Positions 10,261-20,487 are shown, counted from the stretch's first letter. The stretch: DNA of 64,000 nt from an uncultured Verrucomicrobiae bacterium (GCA_963769025.1 CAVYKI010000012.1:128001-192000); one strand, 5' to 3'. Notes: generated by a model from the sequence alone, not told the origin. A program made the numbers and translations.

Positions 10261-11582
10261 GCGGGCCGTTCGTCTCCGTTGTCACCCCGGTTTTCAACGA
10301 AGCCGGAAATCTCGCGGAATTTCACGCACAGCTGAGGGGCTGCCTCGATTCGCTGCGGCTGCGCTGGGAATGGATCGCGGTGGATGACTGCTCGACGGAC
10401 GATTCCGCCGCCGTGCTCCGCAGGATCGGGGATGGGGAGGAAAACCTGCGCGTCTTCACGCACGGGCGGAACCTCGGCTCGCACGCCGCAATCCTGCGCG
10501 GGCTCCACGAAGCGCGCGGCGGCGCGGCGGTGGCGCTCGCGGCGGATCTCCAGGACCCGCCGGAGATCATCGCGAAGCTCCTCGAAGCGTGGCGCGGCGG
10601 CGCGGCGCTCGTGTGGGCGGCGCGCACGCGGGCGAGCGGCGGGAATGCGCGGGATCGTTTTTGCTCCTCGGCGTTTCACCTCGCGGTGCGGCTGTGGACC
10701 GGCCTGCCCGCGCCGCGCTATGGTGCGGACTGCTTCCTCGCCGACCGGCGCGTGCTCGACGAGGCCGCGCGATGGCGCGACCCCGGGCCAAATCTGTTTT
10801 TCCGCCTGCTCGCGCTGCCAGTCCCGCAGCGCCACGTCCCGCACGACCGGCAGCCGCGCGCGCACGGTCGCTCGGGCTGGACGATGACGCGGAAGCTGAG
10901 GCTCGCGATCACTTCGCTGCTCGCGTTCACAAGTCCGAAGTCGTGGCTGCTGCGGGCGCGCGGCATCCTGTGGCGCGCAGGCCAGGCGCTAGCCGCGCCC
11001 GGCGGTGCGCTCGCGATCACGGGGCTCGTGCGCGAATGGCTCGCGACGCACGCCGTCACCGGCGGGCACCTCGATGTCGGCTGCGGCGCGCGCTCGCGGC
11101 TCGCCGCGGCGGGCGTGCAGCCCGTGGGCGTTGACAGCGATGCGGCGCGCGTCGCTGCCATCATACGCGACGGCGGAACCGCGCTGGTCGCGCCATCCAC
11201 ACGGCTGCCGTTCGCGGACGGCGCGTTCGGCGCGGTGTGGAGCTTCGGCCTGCTGCATCACCTCGATGACGCTGAGCTGGAGCAATCGCTCGGCGAAATG
11301 GAACGTGTCGCAAAACCAGGCGGATGGATCGTCGTCTTCGACGCCGTGCCGCCGCGCTCGGGCTGGCGGCGTCCGCTAGCCGCGCTCGTGCGCGCGCTCG
11401 ACAAGGGCCGGCACATGCGCACGGAAGAAAAACTCCGCGCGGCGCTCGCGACGCATGGCGAATGGGAATGCCGGCGCGTGACGTATGCGTTGAATGGACT
11501 CGAAGCGCTGTTCTGCTGCCGCCATAAGCCGTCGGAACAAACCCAACCCGCACCATGCCCATCGCCGCCGACGTCGAACTAG
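10257..11582 (+). CDS. GT2 glycosyltransferase (GtrB/ArnC/DPM-like) fused to a class I SAM methyltransferase
   Basis: VSVVTPVFNE, VDDCSTDDS, RNLGSHAA, ADLQDPPE, RAHGRSGW; then LDVGCG, LPFADGAF, LLHHL, RVAKPGG. Confidence 0.85.
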   Translation: MSGPFVSVVTPVFNEAGNLAEFHAQLRGCLDSLRLRWEWIAVDDCSTDDSAAVLRRIGDGEENLRVFTHGRNLGSHAAILRGLHEARGGAAVALAADLQDPPEIIAKLLEAWRGGAALVWAARTRASGGNARDRFCSSAFHLAVRLWTGLPAPRYGADCFLADRRVLDEAARWRDPGPNLFFRLLALPVPQRHVPHDRQPRAHGRSGWTMTRKLRLAITSLLAFTSPKSWLLRARGILWRAGQALAAPGGALAITGLVREWLATHAVTGGHLDVGCGARSRLAAAGVQPVGVDSDAARVAAIIRDGGTALVAPSTRLPFADGAFGAVWSFGLLHHLDDAELEQSLGEMERVAKPGGWIVVFDAVPPRSGWRRPLAALVRALDKGRHMRTEEKLRAALATHGEWECRRVTYALNGLEALFCCRHKPSEQTQPAPCPSPPTSN

Positions 11583-12025
11583 CCGCGGGAGTCCGCATCC
11601 CGCACCCGGAACTGGTGAACCTCTACGGCTGCGCGATCGGCGCGGACAGCTCGGTGGGCCCGTTCGTGGAAATCCAGCGCGGCGCGCGCGTCGGTCGGCT
11701 GTGCAAAATCTCATCGCACAGTTTTCTCTGCGAGGGCGTGACGCTGGAGGACGAAGTTTTCGTCGGCCACGGCGTGATGTTCACCAACGACCGCCATCCG
11801 CGCGCCGCGCAGGACGGGCACCTGCTGCGCGACGATGAGTGGCGGGCGATCCCGACGCTCGTGAAGCGCGGCGCGTCCATCGGCAGCGGCGCGGTGATCC
11901 TGTGCGGAGTCACCATCGGCGAAGGCGCGCACATCGGCGCGGGCGCGGTGGTGACGCGCGACGTGCCGCCGGGTGCGACGGTCGCGGGCGTGCCCGCGCG
12001 GCTGCTGCACGGCTCCGGCGGATGA
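11555..12025 (+). CDS. LbH sugar N-acetyltransferase (WbpD/WxcM-like)
   Basis: LVNLYGCAIG, GPFVEIQ, SHSFLCEGV, VFVGHGVMFTND, GASIGSGAVILCGVTIG. Confidence 0.9.
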   Translation: MPIAADVELAAGVRIPHPELVNLYGCAIGADSSVGPFVEIQRGARVGRLCKISSHSFLCEGVTLEDEVFVGHGVMFTNDRHPRAAQDGHLLRDDEWRAIPTLVKRGASIGSGAVILCGVTIGEGAHIGAGAVVTRDVPPGATVAGVPARLLHGSGG

Positions 12026-13981
12026 AAGGCGCGCAAGCACAACGCACGCGATCCTCCGCCGTGGCACGGCTTTTCACCAGCGACGTCGCGCTCGCGTGTG
12101 TGCTGCTCGCGGTGATCGCCGTGCGCTTCGCGGAGCCGGTGCTGGACGGCGATCTCTTCTGGCACATGGCCTATGCGAAGCAGATGCTCGCACACCACAC
12201 GCTCGTGCCGGACCACTCGATCTACTCGTGGACGCCCGCGGGCAACGACATGATCTACTGCACGTGGCTCGCGGATTTTGCATTCCTGCGGCTTTACGAA
12301 ATAGGCGGGCTCGCGGCGGTGTTCGCGCTGCGCTACGTGGCCGTGCTCGCCGTGGCCGCGATGCAGTTTGATCTCGCGCGCCGGTGCCGCGTCGGCGGGC
12401 CGCTGCGCTGGCTCGTGCTGCTCATCGCCGTCGTGTCGTCCTACGTCGGCACGATCACGAAGCCGGAGATTTTCTCCCTCGTGTTTTTCAACGCGCTCGC
12501 TTGGCTCCTCTTCCGTGCGAAGCTCGCCGCGTCGCTCGGAAAAAATCCCGCCCCGTGGCTGTGCGCGCTGCCGCCGCTCTTCCTCGTGTGGGTGAACACG
12601 CACGGCGCGTTCATCCTCGCCGCGCCGCTCATGCTGGCGTTCCTCGCCGGCGAGCTCATCCACGCGCGGCGCGGCGCGGCGGGCCGGCTCCCGCTGCGCG
12701 CCTTGCTCGCGTGCCTCGCGCTCTGCGCGCTCGCGACGCTCGCCACGCCCTACGGCTGGCGATACCCGGCGCAGCTTTTCGCGGACTACGTCCTGCAAAG
12801 CACGCCGCGGCCGGATGCCGCATGGAATTCCGCCTACCAGTCCATCTTCTCACCGGCCTCGTGGGTCATCCCCTTCCCCCTGCTGCTGCTTGCGATGCTC
12901 GCCGTCTTCGGCGCCGCGTGGCGGCGCTGGTCGCGCATCGGAAAGCAGCATACCGACTGGAGCGTCGTGCTCGCGTTCGCGGCGTATGTGCCGCTGTTCA
13001 TGCTCTGGCTGCGCGCGACGTTCTGCCTGCCCGCGGTCTTCGCAGCGGGCACATTTTTCCTTTTGAAAGGCGGGCGCGATGCGGCGGCGCCGGCGGCGGC
13101 CAGCGGTGGAAAGCTCCGCATCGCCGCGCTTGCCGCGTTCCTCGTGCTCGCGGCGCACACGCTGCACCAGAGTTTCTTCCGGCCTGCCTTCAACTCCTGG
13201 TGCGGCTTTGGCATCGGCGGCGCGAATCCGGTGGACGAGACGGAGTTCCTCGCGCGGCAGAAGCCCGCGGGCGCCGCGCCTCGTGAATCTCTTCAACACC
13301 GGCGGCTATCTCCTATGGCGGCTCTGGCCGCAATACGAGGTCATGGTGGACTCGCGCTCGTTCCCGTATCTTGGCTGGTTCGACGAGCAACACCGCTTCG
13401 GCACGGGGAAGGACTTCGACGGCTTCCTGGAAAAATATCCGGCGCCCGTCGCGGTGATCGATCTCGACCGCATCGAGGTCTGGCAAAATTTCCTGCGCTC
13501 GCCGGGCTGGCGTCCCGTGTTCTACGGCCCCGCGGCCATCGTGTTCCGGCGCGCGGACGCGGCGGGCGATGCGCCAGTGCAGACGCTCCCGCCCGAGCGG
13601 CTCCGCGCACTGCGCAACGCGGACTCCGCGCGTGCCATGTTCACCTTCGCACGCTTCATCGCCGACTGGCGCACCGCGTGGATCATCGGGGAGCGATTGC
13701 GCGCGCCGATGCTGCGCTGGCAGATGAGCGCCGCGGAGCGGGAAGGCGTGCGCGCCTATCGCGGGGCGCACGATGCGCTGGGTGCCGGGCGCTTCGACGA
13801 GGCGGAGCGCCTCTTCCATGCGGCGCTGAAAGACGAGCCCGCCTCGGATCGCGAAAAGCTCATCCTCTCTCTCCTTCTCGCGCGCCGCGCCGCGCGGGAC
13901 GCATCCTCGTCCTCCGATCGCGCCACCATCGAGGACGGCCTGCGCGAACTGGCTGCCCCGCCGTGGCGCGATTCGCCTTGA
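12022..13981 (+). CDS. Polytopic membrane protein, probable GT-C-fold glycosyltransferase; one frameshift near 13270-13285
   Basis: DGDLFWHM..AKQM motif after TM1; KPEIFS; WVNTHGAF; many TM segments; second frame continues NLFNTGGYLLWRLWPQYEVMVDSR. Confidence 0.65.
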
Positions 13982-14036
13982 ACCACATGAACGCCCTGCC
14001 ACACGATGCCGCCGGCAAAAGCACCCCGTTACTTCC

Positions 14037-15758
14037 ATGACGCATCACGCTTTCTCCTGTGCCCGGCTTCGCCAGGCGATGGTTTCGTTTTTCCTCGCCG
14101 TGCTCCTGCTCGGCGCACGGCAGCAGTGCCCCGCGGCGGTGGGCGGCGGCGTCGTCAACACCACCTTCACCACCTCGACGTCGCATCACGAGACCCATGT
14201 GCCGCTCACCGTGGACCAGCGCACGAGCAGCGGGGTGATCCAGAACGTCCTCAATGGCGGGGACAGGATTCAGCTCGGTTTTTCGCCCGGCACTTCGCTC
14301 GCCAGTCCCAGGGTGCAGGCGGCCCTGCAGGCCGCGCTGCGGGCGCTCCCGCCCTTCCCGCAGGGCGCGTCGCTGCAACTGCTCAGCCGAACTCCCGGTT
14401 CCGGCGGCTCCAGCAGCAAAACCACACAGTTTGTTGGCACGAATACCAGCGTCACCACAACGACGACCTTCGGCCCCGCCACCATCTTGATCGGTCCCGA
14501 CCAGTCGCAGACTTTCTTCGTCGCCGCCGGCACGTTGAACATCAACACGAACACGCACACGCAGTCCTTCTTCAACGACATCACCACGCTGAGCGGCGGC
14601 GCGCCCACGGTGGAGAACTACCTCCAGCAGCGCATCATCACGATCGATCTCGGCTCCGTGTTCTCCGCACTGGACAGCGGCCTGCCCGTCGCCCTCGCGC
14701 TGCGCGACTCGCTGCTGGCCGCGCACGCCGGCGGCATCGGCGATGTCAACGACCGCATCCTCCGCGCCTGGCTCGGGCCGAACGAGACCGGCGCGCCGCA
14801 GGGCGACAAGTCCGACGTGCCCGGCGCGGGCGACGGCAACATACGCCTTTTCGCAAACATCAGCGCCGGCTGGCTCAGCCAGGGCGGGCGCAACGGAACG
14901 GCCGGCCTGCTCGACACGCGCGAGTCCGCCAGCGCCGGCGCGGAGTGGAAGCTGCGCGGAAAATTCCGCCTCGGCGTCTCCGCGAGCCAGGTGCACAGCG
15001 AAACCGATTTCTCCGGCGGCCTCGGCAGCCAGCACATTGATGGCGGCGCGCTCAGCGCCTACGTGACATGGCGCTCCGACGCCAGCGCTCTGCCGCCATC
15101 CACGGGCAAGGACGGCAAGACGCCGGCCGGCAATCCCTCCGGCTACTGCTACGCCGACCTGCTCTACAGCGCCGGCCTTTTCAGCGACACACTGCGGCGC
15201 AACACCCTCACCGGCGCCACCGCCCGCAGCACCGCGGACGACTGGAGCCACCTCGTGAGCCTCAACGCGGGCTACGTCTTCAAGGTCGGCGACACCTTCG
15301 CCACCGGCCCCTACGCCAGCCTCACCTACGTCCACGGCCGACTCGACGGCAGCACCGAGAGCGGCGGCGGCGCGGCCTCGCTCACCTACGGCGCGCAGGA
15401 ATACGACTCGCTCGTGAGCACGCTCGGCTGGCAGGCCAACTGGAAGCTGCACCGCCCGTGGGGCGCGCTCACTCCGCTCGTCCACATCGGCTGGGAGCGC
15501 GAAAACCTGAGCGACGGCGGCGCGGTCAGCGCCACGCTCCTGCAGTCGCCCTTCTCCGCCGCGGGCGCCGGGCTCATCGGCGGCTTCCGCGCCAGCTCCA
15601 GCCGCGCCGACGCGCGCTACGACGCGCTGGTCATCGGTGCAGCCGTGAGCGCCGACATCGGCGAAAACTGGACCTTCACGCTCAGCGCCGCCGAGCGCAC
15701 CGACTTCGGCCCGCGCAACGACGTCTCCCTCTCCCTCCGCGCGCAGCGGAGGTTCTGA
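14037..15758 (+). CDS. Autotransporter beta-barrel protein, copy 2 (alternative start 14079)
   Basis: Near-identical to 5648-7315 over most of its length; terminal Phe. Confidence 0.85.
   Translation: MTHHAFSCARLRQAMVSFFLAVLLLGARQQCPAAVGGGVVNTTFTTSTSHHETHVPLTVDQRTSSGVIQNVLNGGDRIQLGFSPGTSLASPRVQAALQAALRALPPFPQGASLQLLSRTPGSGGSSSKTTQFVGTNTSVTTTTTFGPATILIGPDQSQTFFVAAGTLNINTNTHTQSFFNDITTLSGGAPTVENYLQQRIITIDLGSVFSALDSGLPVALALRDSLLAAHAGGIGDVNDRILRAWLGPNETGAPQGDKSDVPGAGDGNIRLFANISAGWLSQGGRNGTAGLLDTRESASAGAEWKLRGKFRLGVSASQVHSETDFSGGLGSQHIDGGALSAYVTWRSDASALPPSTGKDGKTPAGNPSGYCYADLLYSAGLFSDTLRRNTLTGATARSTADDWSHLVSLNAGYVFKVGDTFATGPYASLTYVHGRLDGSTESGGGAASLTYGAQEYDSLVSTLGWQANWKLHRPWGALTPLVHIGWERENLSDGGAVSATLLQSPFSAAGAGLIGGFRASSSRADARYDALVIGAAVSADIGENWTFTLSAAERTDFGPRNDVSLSLRAQRRF
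14102..15758 (+). repeat. Long direct repeat, copy B (partner 5710-7315)
   Basis: Same blocks as copy A; differences cluster in a few patches. Confidence 0.95.
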
Positions 15759-15776
15759 GCGCGCGAGCATCCGGGC

Positions 15777-15805
15777 TTGCCCGCCGCGCGCGCGGCTCAC
15801 ACATT
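15777..15805 (+). promoter_or_regulatory. Putative sigma70-type promoter of purB (TTGCCC-N17-CACATT), 10 nt upstream of the ATG
   Basis: Spacing is conserved in the duplicate at 5459-5487 (TTGCCG-N17-CATTTT). Confidence 0.45.
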
Positions 15806-15815
15806 CCGCGCCCTC

Positions 15816-17113
15816 ATGATTGATCGATACACGCTGCCCGAGATGGCGGCCATCTGGACAGAGCAACGCAAATACGAAATCTGGCTCGAAATCGAGACGC
15901 TCGCCTGCGAGGCGCAGGCGGAACTCGGCCACATCCCGAAGGAGGACGCGCAGACCATCCGCGCGAAGGCGAAATTCGAACTCGCCGAGATCATGGAGAT
16001 CGAAAAGCGCACGAACCATGACGTGATCGCATTCCTCGAAAACGTCGCGAGCTACGTCGGCCCCGCGTGCCGCTGGATGCACCAGGGCATGACGAGCAGC
16101 GACGTGCTCGACACCACGCTCGCCGTGCAGACCGCGCAGGCGTCGGACATTTTGCTGAAGGATCTCCGGGAACTGCGCGAGGTGATCGCGAAGCGCGCGA
16201 AGGAATTCAAGATGACGCCGATGATCGGCCGCAGCCACGGCATCCACGCGGAGCCGATCACGTTCGGGCTGAAGCTCGCGCTGATGTACGATGAATTCGG
16301 CCGCGCGCTGGAGCGGCTGGAGCAGGTGCAGCCGCGCATCCGCGTGGGGAAAATCAGCGGCGCAGTCGGCACGCACGCGCATCTCGATCCGCACGTGGAA
16401 TCGCAAGGTCTGCAAGACGCTCGGCCTCACCCCCGCGACGCTCGCGCACGCAGGTCGTGCAGCGCGACCGGCACGCGGAATTCCACACCGTGCTCGCGCT
16501 CATCGCGTCTTCGATCGATCGCTGGGCCACGGAGTTCCGGCACCTGCAACGCACCGAGGTGCTCGAAGTGGAGGAATACTTTTCCGCAGGGCAGAAGGGC
16601 AGCTCGGCGATGCCGCACAAGCGCAATCCGATCACCGGCGAAAAGCTCAGCGGCCTCGCGCGCCTCGTCCGCAGCAACGCGGTCGCTGCGCTGGAGAATG
16701 TGGCGCTGTGGCACGAGCGCGACATCAGCCATTCGTCTGTCGAGCGCGTCATTTTCCCCGACTCGTGCATTCTCGTGAACTACATGCTCACGCTGCTGCG
16801 CAAGCTCGTGGACCGGCTCATCGTGTATCCCGAGAACATGAAGCGGAACCTCGAGATCACGCGCGGCCTCTACCATTCGCAGACGATCCTGCTGAAGCTC
16901 ACCGAGCGCGGTCTCGAACGGAAGACCGCCTATGAAGCCGTCCAGCGCGCCGCGATGAAGACGTGGCAGGGCGACAAGCCGCTGCTCGAAAACCTCTTCG
17001 CCGAGGAGGAAATCACCGCGAAGATTCCGCCGGATGAAATCGCGAAGCTGTGCTCGCTGGACCACCACTTCCGATGGGTGGAAGACACCTTCCGCCGCCT
17101 CGGATTGGCGTAG
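15816..17113 (+). CDS. purB: Adenylosuccinate lyase; two apparent frameshifts near 16401 and 16447
   Basis: MIDRYTLPEM, RTNHDVIAF, HQGMTSSDVLDT, GRSHGIHAEPITFG, GKISGAVG, QRDRHAE, signature GSSAMPHKRNP, LWHERDISHSSVER. Confidence 0.95.
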
Positions 17114-17209
17114 CCAGCACGGGAGGGACACGCTCCGTCGGGTCCTTCATCGGAACGAAACGCTGACCGCCTGCGCTCCCGTTTGGCTCCCGCCGCGGGC
17201 GCTCCTGCG

Positions 17210-18064
17210 CTACTTCTTCGGCTTGTAGTTACGGACGAACTCGACGCACTTCTTCGCGTCCTCGTGGTTCGCGTCCCAGTTGTATTCGTATTCGACCGAG
17301 ATCGGACCGACGAAACCCTGCGCGGCGAACTCGTCGAGAATGGCCGGCACGTCGCTCACGCCCGTGCCGTACGGCACGTCGTGTCCGCTCGGCAGCGGCG
17401 CATGCAGATCTTTCAAATGGCTGCTCACGATGCGGCCCTTGAGGATACGGAGGCAGTCCACGGGCTTCAGCCCTGAGCGCACCCAGTGGCCGGTGTCCGC
17501 GCAGGAGCCGATGCGCGCATCGCGATCCTTGCAGACTTCGAGGATGTAGTTCGGATCCCACATGCGGTACTCGGGGTGGTCGGGACGCTTCGGGTGATCG
17601 TGGAAGCCGACCTTGATGTCGTATTCCTTCACGAGCTTCTCGAACGTATCAATCGCGTCCACCGACTCCGTGTTGATGACACCGATGCCGAAGGCCTTCG
17701 CAAACTCGAACACCTTGCGCGAAGCAGCCTCGTCCTTCGACAGTCCGACGACTCCGTACGCCACCGGCGTGATGCCGTGCTCCTTCAGCTTGGCCTTCAC
17801 CTTGTCCCACACCTCGGGCGTCGCCTCATGGCCGAACTTCACGTCCTTCTGATCCGGCGACAGCTTCTGGCCGGGGAAAAACTCGATCGTCTTTGCGCCC
17901 GTGCCCGCCGTTTTCTCGATGGCTTCGAAGACGGTGAAGCGGTTGAACGTCCAAGCCTGGCAGCCGATGACGAACTGGCCTTGCTTGAGGCTGTCGGGCA
18001 ACGGCTGGGCGGCAAACAATGGCAGCGACGCTGCAAAAAGCGCGAGGGAGAGGAGGAGTTTCAT
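17210..18064 (-). CDS. Secreted sugar phosphate isomerase/epimerase (xylose-isomerase-like TIM barrel)
   Basis: Signal peptide; IEFFPGQ, FHDH, CADTGHW, HLKD, SVEYE. Confidence 0.85.
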   Translation of the reverse strand: MKLLLSLALFAASLPLFAAQPLPDSLKQGQFVIGCQAWTFNRFTVFEAIEKTAGTGAKTIEFFPGQKLSPDQKDVKFGHEATPEVWDKVKAKLKEHGITPVAYGVVGLSKDEAASRKVFEFAKAFGIGVINTESVDAIDTFEKLVKEYDIKVGFHDHPKRPDHPEYRMWDPNYILEVCKDRDARIGSCADTGHWVRSGLKPVDCLRILKGRIVSSHLKDLHAPLPSGHDVPYGTGVSDVPAILDEFAAQGFVGPISVEYEYNWDANHEDAKKCVEFVRNYKPKK

Positions 18065-18233
18065 GGGATGGCCATTGGCAGGGACGCCGCATGCGAAGTC
18101 AAGCCATCGCCCGGAGCGGTGGCGTCTTGTGTTGAGGAATATCGAAGGTTTTAACCACCGAGGACACGGAGAGCACGGAGCGCACCCATGTAATCATTTC
18201 CCATTCGTCGCAAACTGCGGTATCGCCACGCCC

Positions 18234-19310
18234 GTGCTTCGCCGACTGCTCCCCCTATTCTCCCTCGCCGCGTCCGCGCTCGCCGCGGAGCCGCGAGACA
18301 TTTCCGCCGCGCTCGAGCCCATCCGCGCGAAATACAAAATCCCCGCCTGCGCCTCCGCGGTGATCGAAGACGGGCGCATCACCGCCATCGGCGCGACCGG
18401 CGTGCGGCGCATTGACAGCGATGTGCGCGTGACCGTGGCCGACATCTGGCACATCGGCTCCTGCACAAAGAGCATGACCGCCATTCTCGTCGGCGTGCTC
18501 GTGGATGCCGGCAAACTGCGCTGGGACATGCCTCTGCCCGACGCGCTGCCCGGCGTCCCGTGTGACCCCGGCTGGCGCGCCGTCACCCTCGACCATCTTG
18601 TCACGCAGCGCAGCGGCATCGCCCCGATGAGCCGCGCTGAATGGCGCAGCCTCGATGTCGGCGGCGGCACCCCCCGCGAACAGCGCGCAGCCTTAGCCCG
18701 CAAACTCCTCTCGGTCCCACCCGCAAAGCCGCCCGGGAAATTCGACTACAGCAACTCCGGCTACGGCCTGCTCGGTGCCATCATCGAACGCGCCGGGGAC
18801 GCCAGCTACGAAGACCTGCTCCGCAAGCACATCTTCGAACCGCTGCACCTCAAGACCGCCGGCTTCGGCGCACCCGCCACGCCCGGCAAAACCGATCAGC
18901 CCTGGGGCCACTACCGCAAAGGCGAGCAACTCATCCCCGCCGCGCCGTCCCCGGAAAACCAATTCCCGCCCGCCCTCGCACCCGCCGCTTCCGTCCACAT
19001 GTCGCTCCAGGATTTCGCCCGCTACGCCTGGTGGCTCTCCACAGGCGAGCCACGGCTGGTAAAGGCGGAGACCTTCGCGCATCTCCAAACACCGCCCGAG
19101 GGCAGCGGCTACGCCGGCGGCCTTTGGAAGACGGAACTCCCCGGAATCGGCGGCGCCGCCGTCTGCCACACCGGCCACATGGGAGGCCTCTTCGGAGTCT
19201 TCCACGCCGGCCGCAGGATCGCCTGCGTCACCGTCTTCAACACCGAAGGCAGCGGCTGGGAATGGCTGGGCGAAGAACTCGCCGCCGCCGCGCTGAAGGC
19301 GGGGCGGTAG
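18234..19310 (+). CDS. Serine hydrolase, beta-lactamase (AmpC-like) family, secreted
   Basis: SxxK in IGSCTKSMTA; YSNSGYGLLG; HTG; signal-like N-terminus from GTG at 18234. Confidence 0.88.
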   Translation: MLRRLLPLFSLAASALAAEPRDISAALEPIRAKYKIPACASAVIEDGRITAIGATGVRRIDSDVRVTVADIWHIGSCTKSMTAILVGVLVDAGKLRWDMPLPDALPGVPCDPGWRAVTLDHLVTQRSGIAPMSRAEWRSLDVGGGTPREQRAALARKLLSVPPAKPPGKFDYSNSGYGLLGAIIERAGDASYEDLLRKHIFEPLHLKTAGFGAPATPGKTDQPWGHYRKGEQLIPAAPSPENQFPPALAPAASVHMSLQDFARYAWWLSTGEPRLVKAETFAHLQTPPEGSGYAGGLWKTELPGIGGAAVCHTGHMGGLFGVFHAGRRIACVTVFNTEGSGWEWLGEELAAAALKAGR

Positions 19311-19353
19311 AGGCACCGGTTGGTCCCATTTCGACGAGGCCCCACGGCGGCGC

Positions 19354-20487
19354 TCAGAGGCTGAACTCCGCCCAAACCGCCGCGTGATCGCTCGCGGCGT
19401 CCTTGTCGCCTGTCACCGTCGGAAACCGCGTGTTCGCCGGCGTGTTCCTGCGGAACACGCCGCGGCGCTCGATCTCCACCTTGCTGCACGCGGTGAATAG
19501 CGGTTTCGAGACGAGCAAATAATCGATCGGCTGGTTCGCGGCGGCATCGTCGCGGTGCGTCCAGCGATCCGCACCAGTGGGCAGTTTCTCGAAAACACTC
19601 CGCAGATTCGGCATGCCGGCGAGCAGCGGGGCGAGCGAGGCCGAAGCCGGCAGCTCATTGAAATCCCCGCACACCGCCACGAGATCCTTCGTCAGGTCGA
19701 ACCGTCCCAGGATTTTCTTCACCTGCGCCGACTCGCGCTCCCGCTTCCGGTCATTGCCCGCCTTGCTCCCAAAGCCGCGGCTCTTGAAATGATTGCACAG
19801 CACCCACAGCACCTTTCCACCCGGCAATTGCACGGCAAACTCCGCGCAGTCGCGCGAAAACCGCGCCTTCGATGCCACGTTCGGCTGCGCCGCAGACTTC
19901 GGCAGCGCGTCATCGACATGGCTGCGCATGTCGCCGATGGCAAAATGGCTGAACAGCCCCACATCGATCCCTCGCGGGTCATTCCCATCGATCAGCATCT
20001 TGTGCCGGTAGCGCTTTGCCGGCTTGAGGAACCGCTCGTTGAATTCCATCAACGCCGGACGGCTCTCCACCTCCACGGCGCAGAGCACATCCGCATTCAC
20101 CGCCTCGATCACCCGCGCCGTGTTCTCGATCGCAGCCGTCGAGACCAGTTCCCGCTCCAGTTCGATCCATCCGGCCCAATCTGCGCGCCCGCCCGCCTTG
20201 ATCTGCGAGATATTCGTCGTCCCGAGCGGCGTGCCCTGCCGCTGCGAATACAGCTTTCCGCGCACCTGCTGGATGAAGAACGGCCGCTTCGCCTCATTCT
20301 CCACATCATGCTTCGTGAGCAGAGCCATGATGTCCGCCTTATCCTGCGCGGCATAAACCGGCTTCGCAAAAAGCTCATTCAGCCGCTGCACGTCCTCCAG
20401 AATCGCCTTCGCAGCCGCAGTGGTCGCGAGGTTCAGGACCTTCGCCCGACGGAAAAGATTTTGGACGTTGTAGGTGGCGAGGCGCAT
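19354..20487 (-). CDS. Endonuclease/exonuclease/phosphatase (EEP) family protein
   Basis: ATYNVQNLF, VEVE, DGNDPRGIDVG, FSRDC, NHFKS, GDFNE, IDYLL, ASDHAAV; ATG overlaps the upstream TGA. Confidence 0.9.
   Translation of the reverse strand: MRLATYNVQNLFRRAKVLNLATTAAAKAILEDVQRLNELFAKPVYAAQDKADIMALLTKHDVENEAKRPFFIQQVRGKLYSQRQGTPLGTTNISQIKAGGRADWAGWIELERELVSTAAIENTARVIEAVNADVLCAVEVESRPALMEFNERFLKPAKRYRHKMLIDGNDPRGIDVGLFSHFAIGDMRSHVDDALPKSAAQPNVASKARFSRDCAEFAVQLPGGKVLWVLCNHFKSRGFGSKAGNDRKRERESAQVKKILGRFDLTKDLVAVCGDFNELPASASLAPLLAGMPNLRSVFEKLPTGADRWTHRDDAAANQPIDYLLVSKPLFTACSKVEIERRGVFRRNTPANTRFPTVTGDKDAASDHAAVWAEFSL

Noticed and set aside
5710..15758. Diversity-generating retroelement (TR/VR) explanation for the autotransporter pair
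   Set aside because: Differences are not adenine-specific, include indels, both copies are full genes, and no reverse transcriptase is present.
16390..16460. Programmed frameshifting or true pseudogenisation of purB
   Set aside because: No slippery sequence is evident, and similar indels are common in this window. Sequencing error is more parsimonious.
18150..18182. Short purine-rich repeat aaccaccgaggacacggagagcacggag
   Set aside because: Only about two units in an intergenic gap; too little to call an element.
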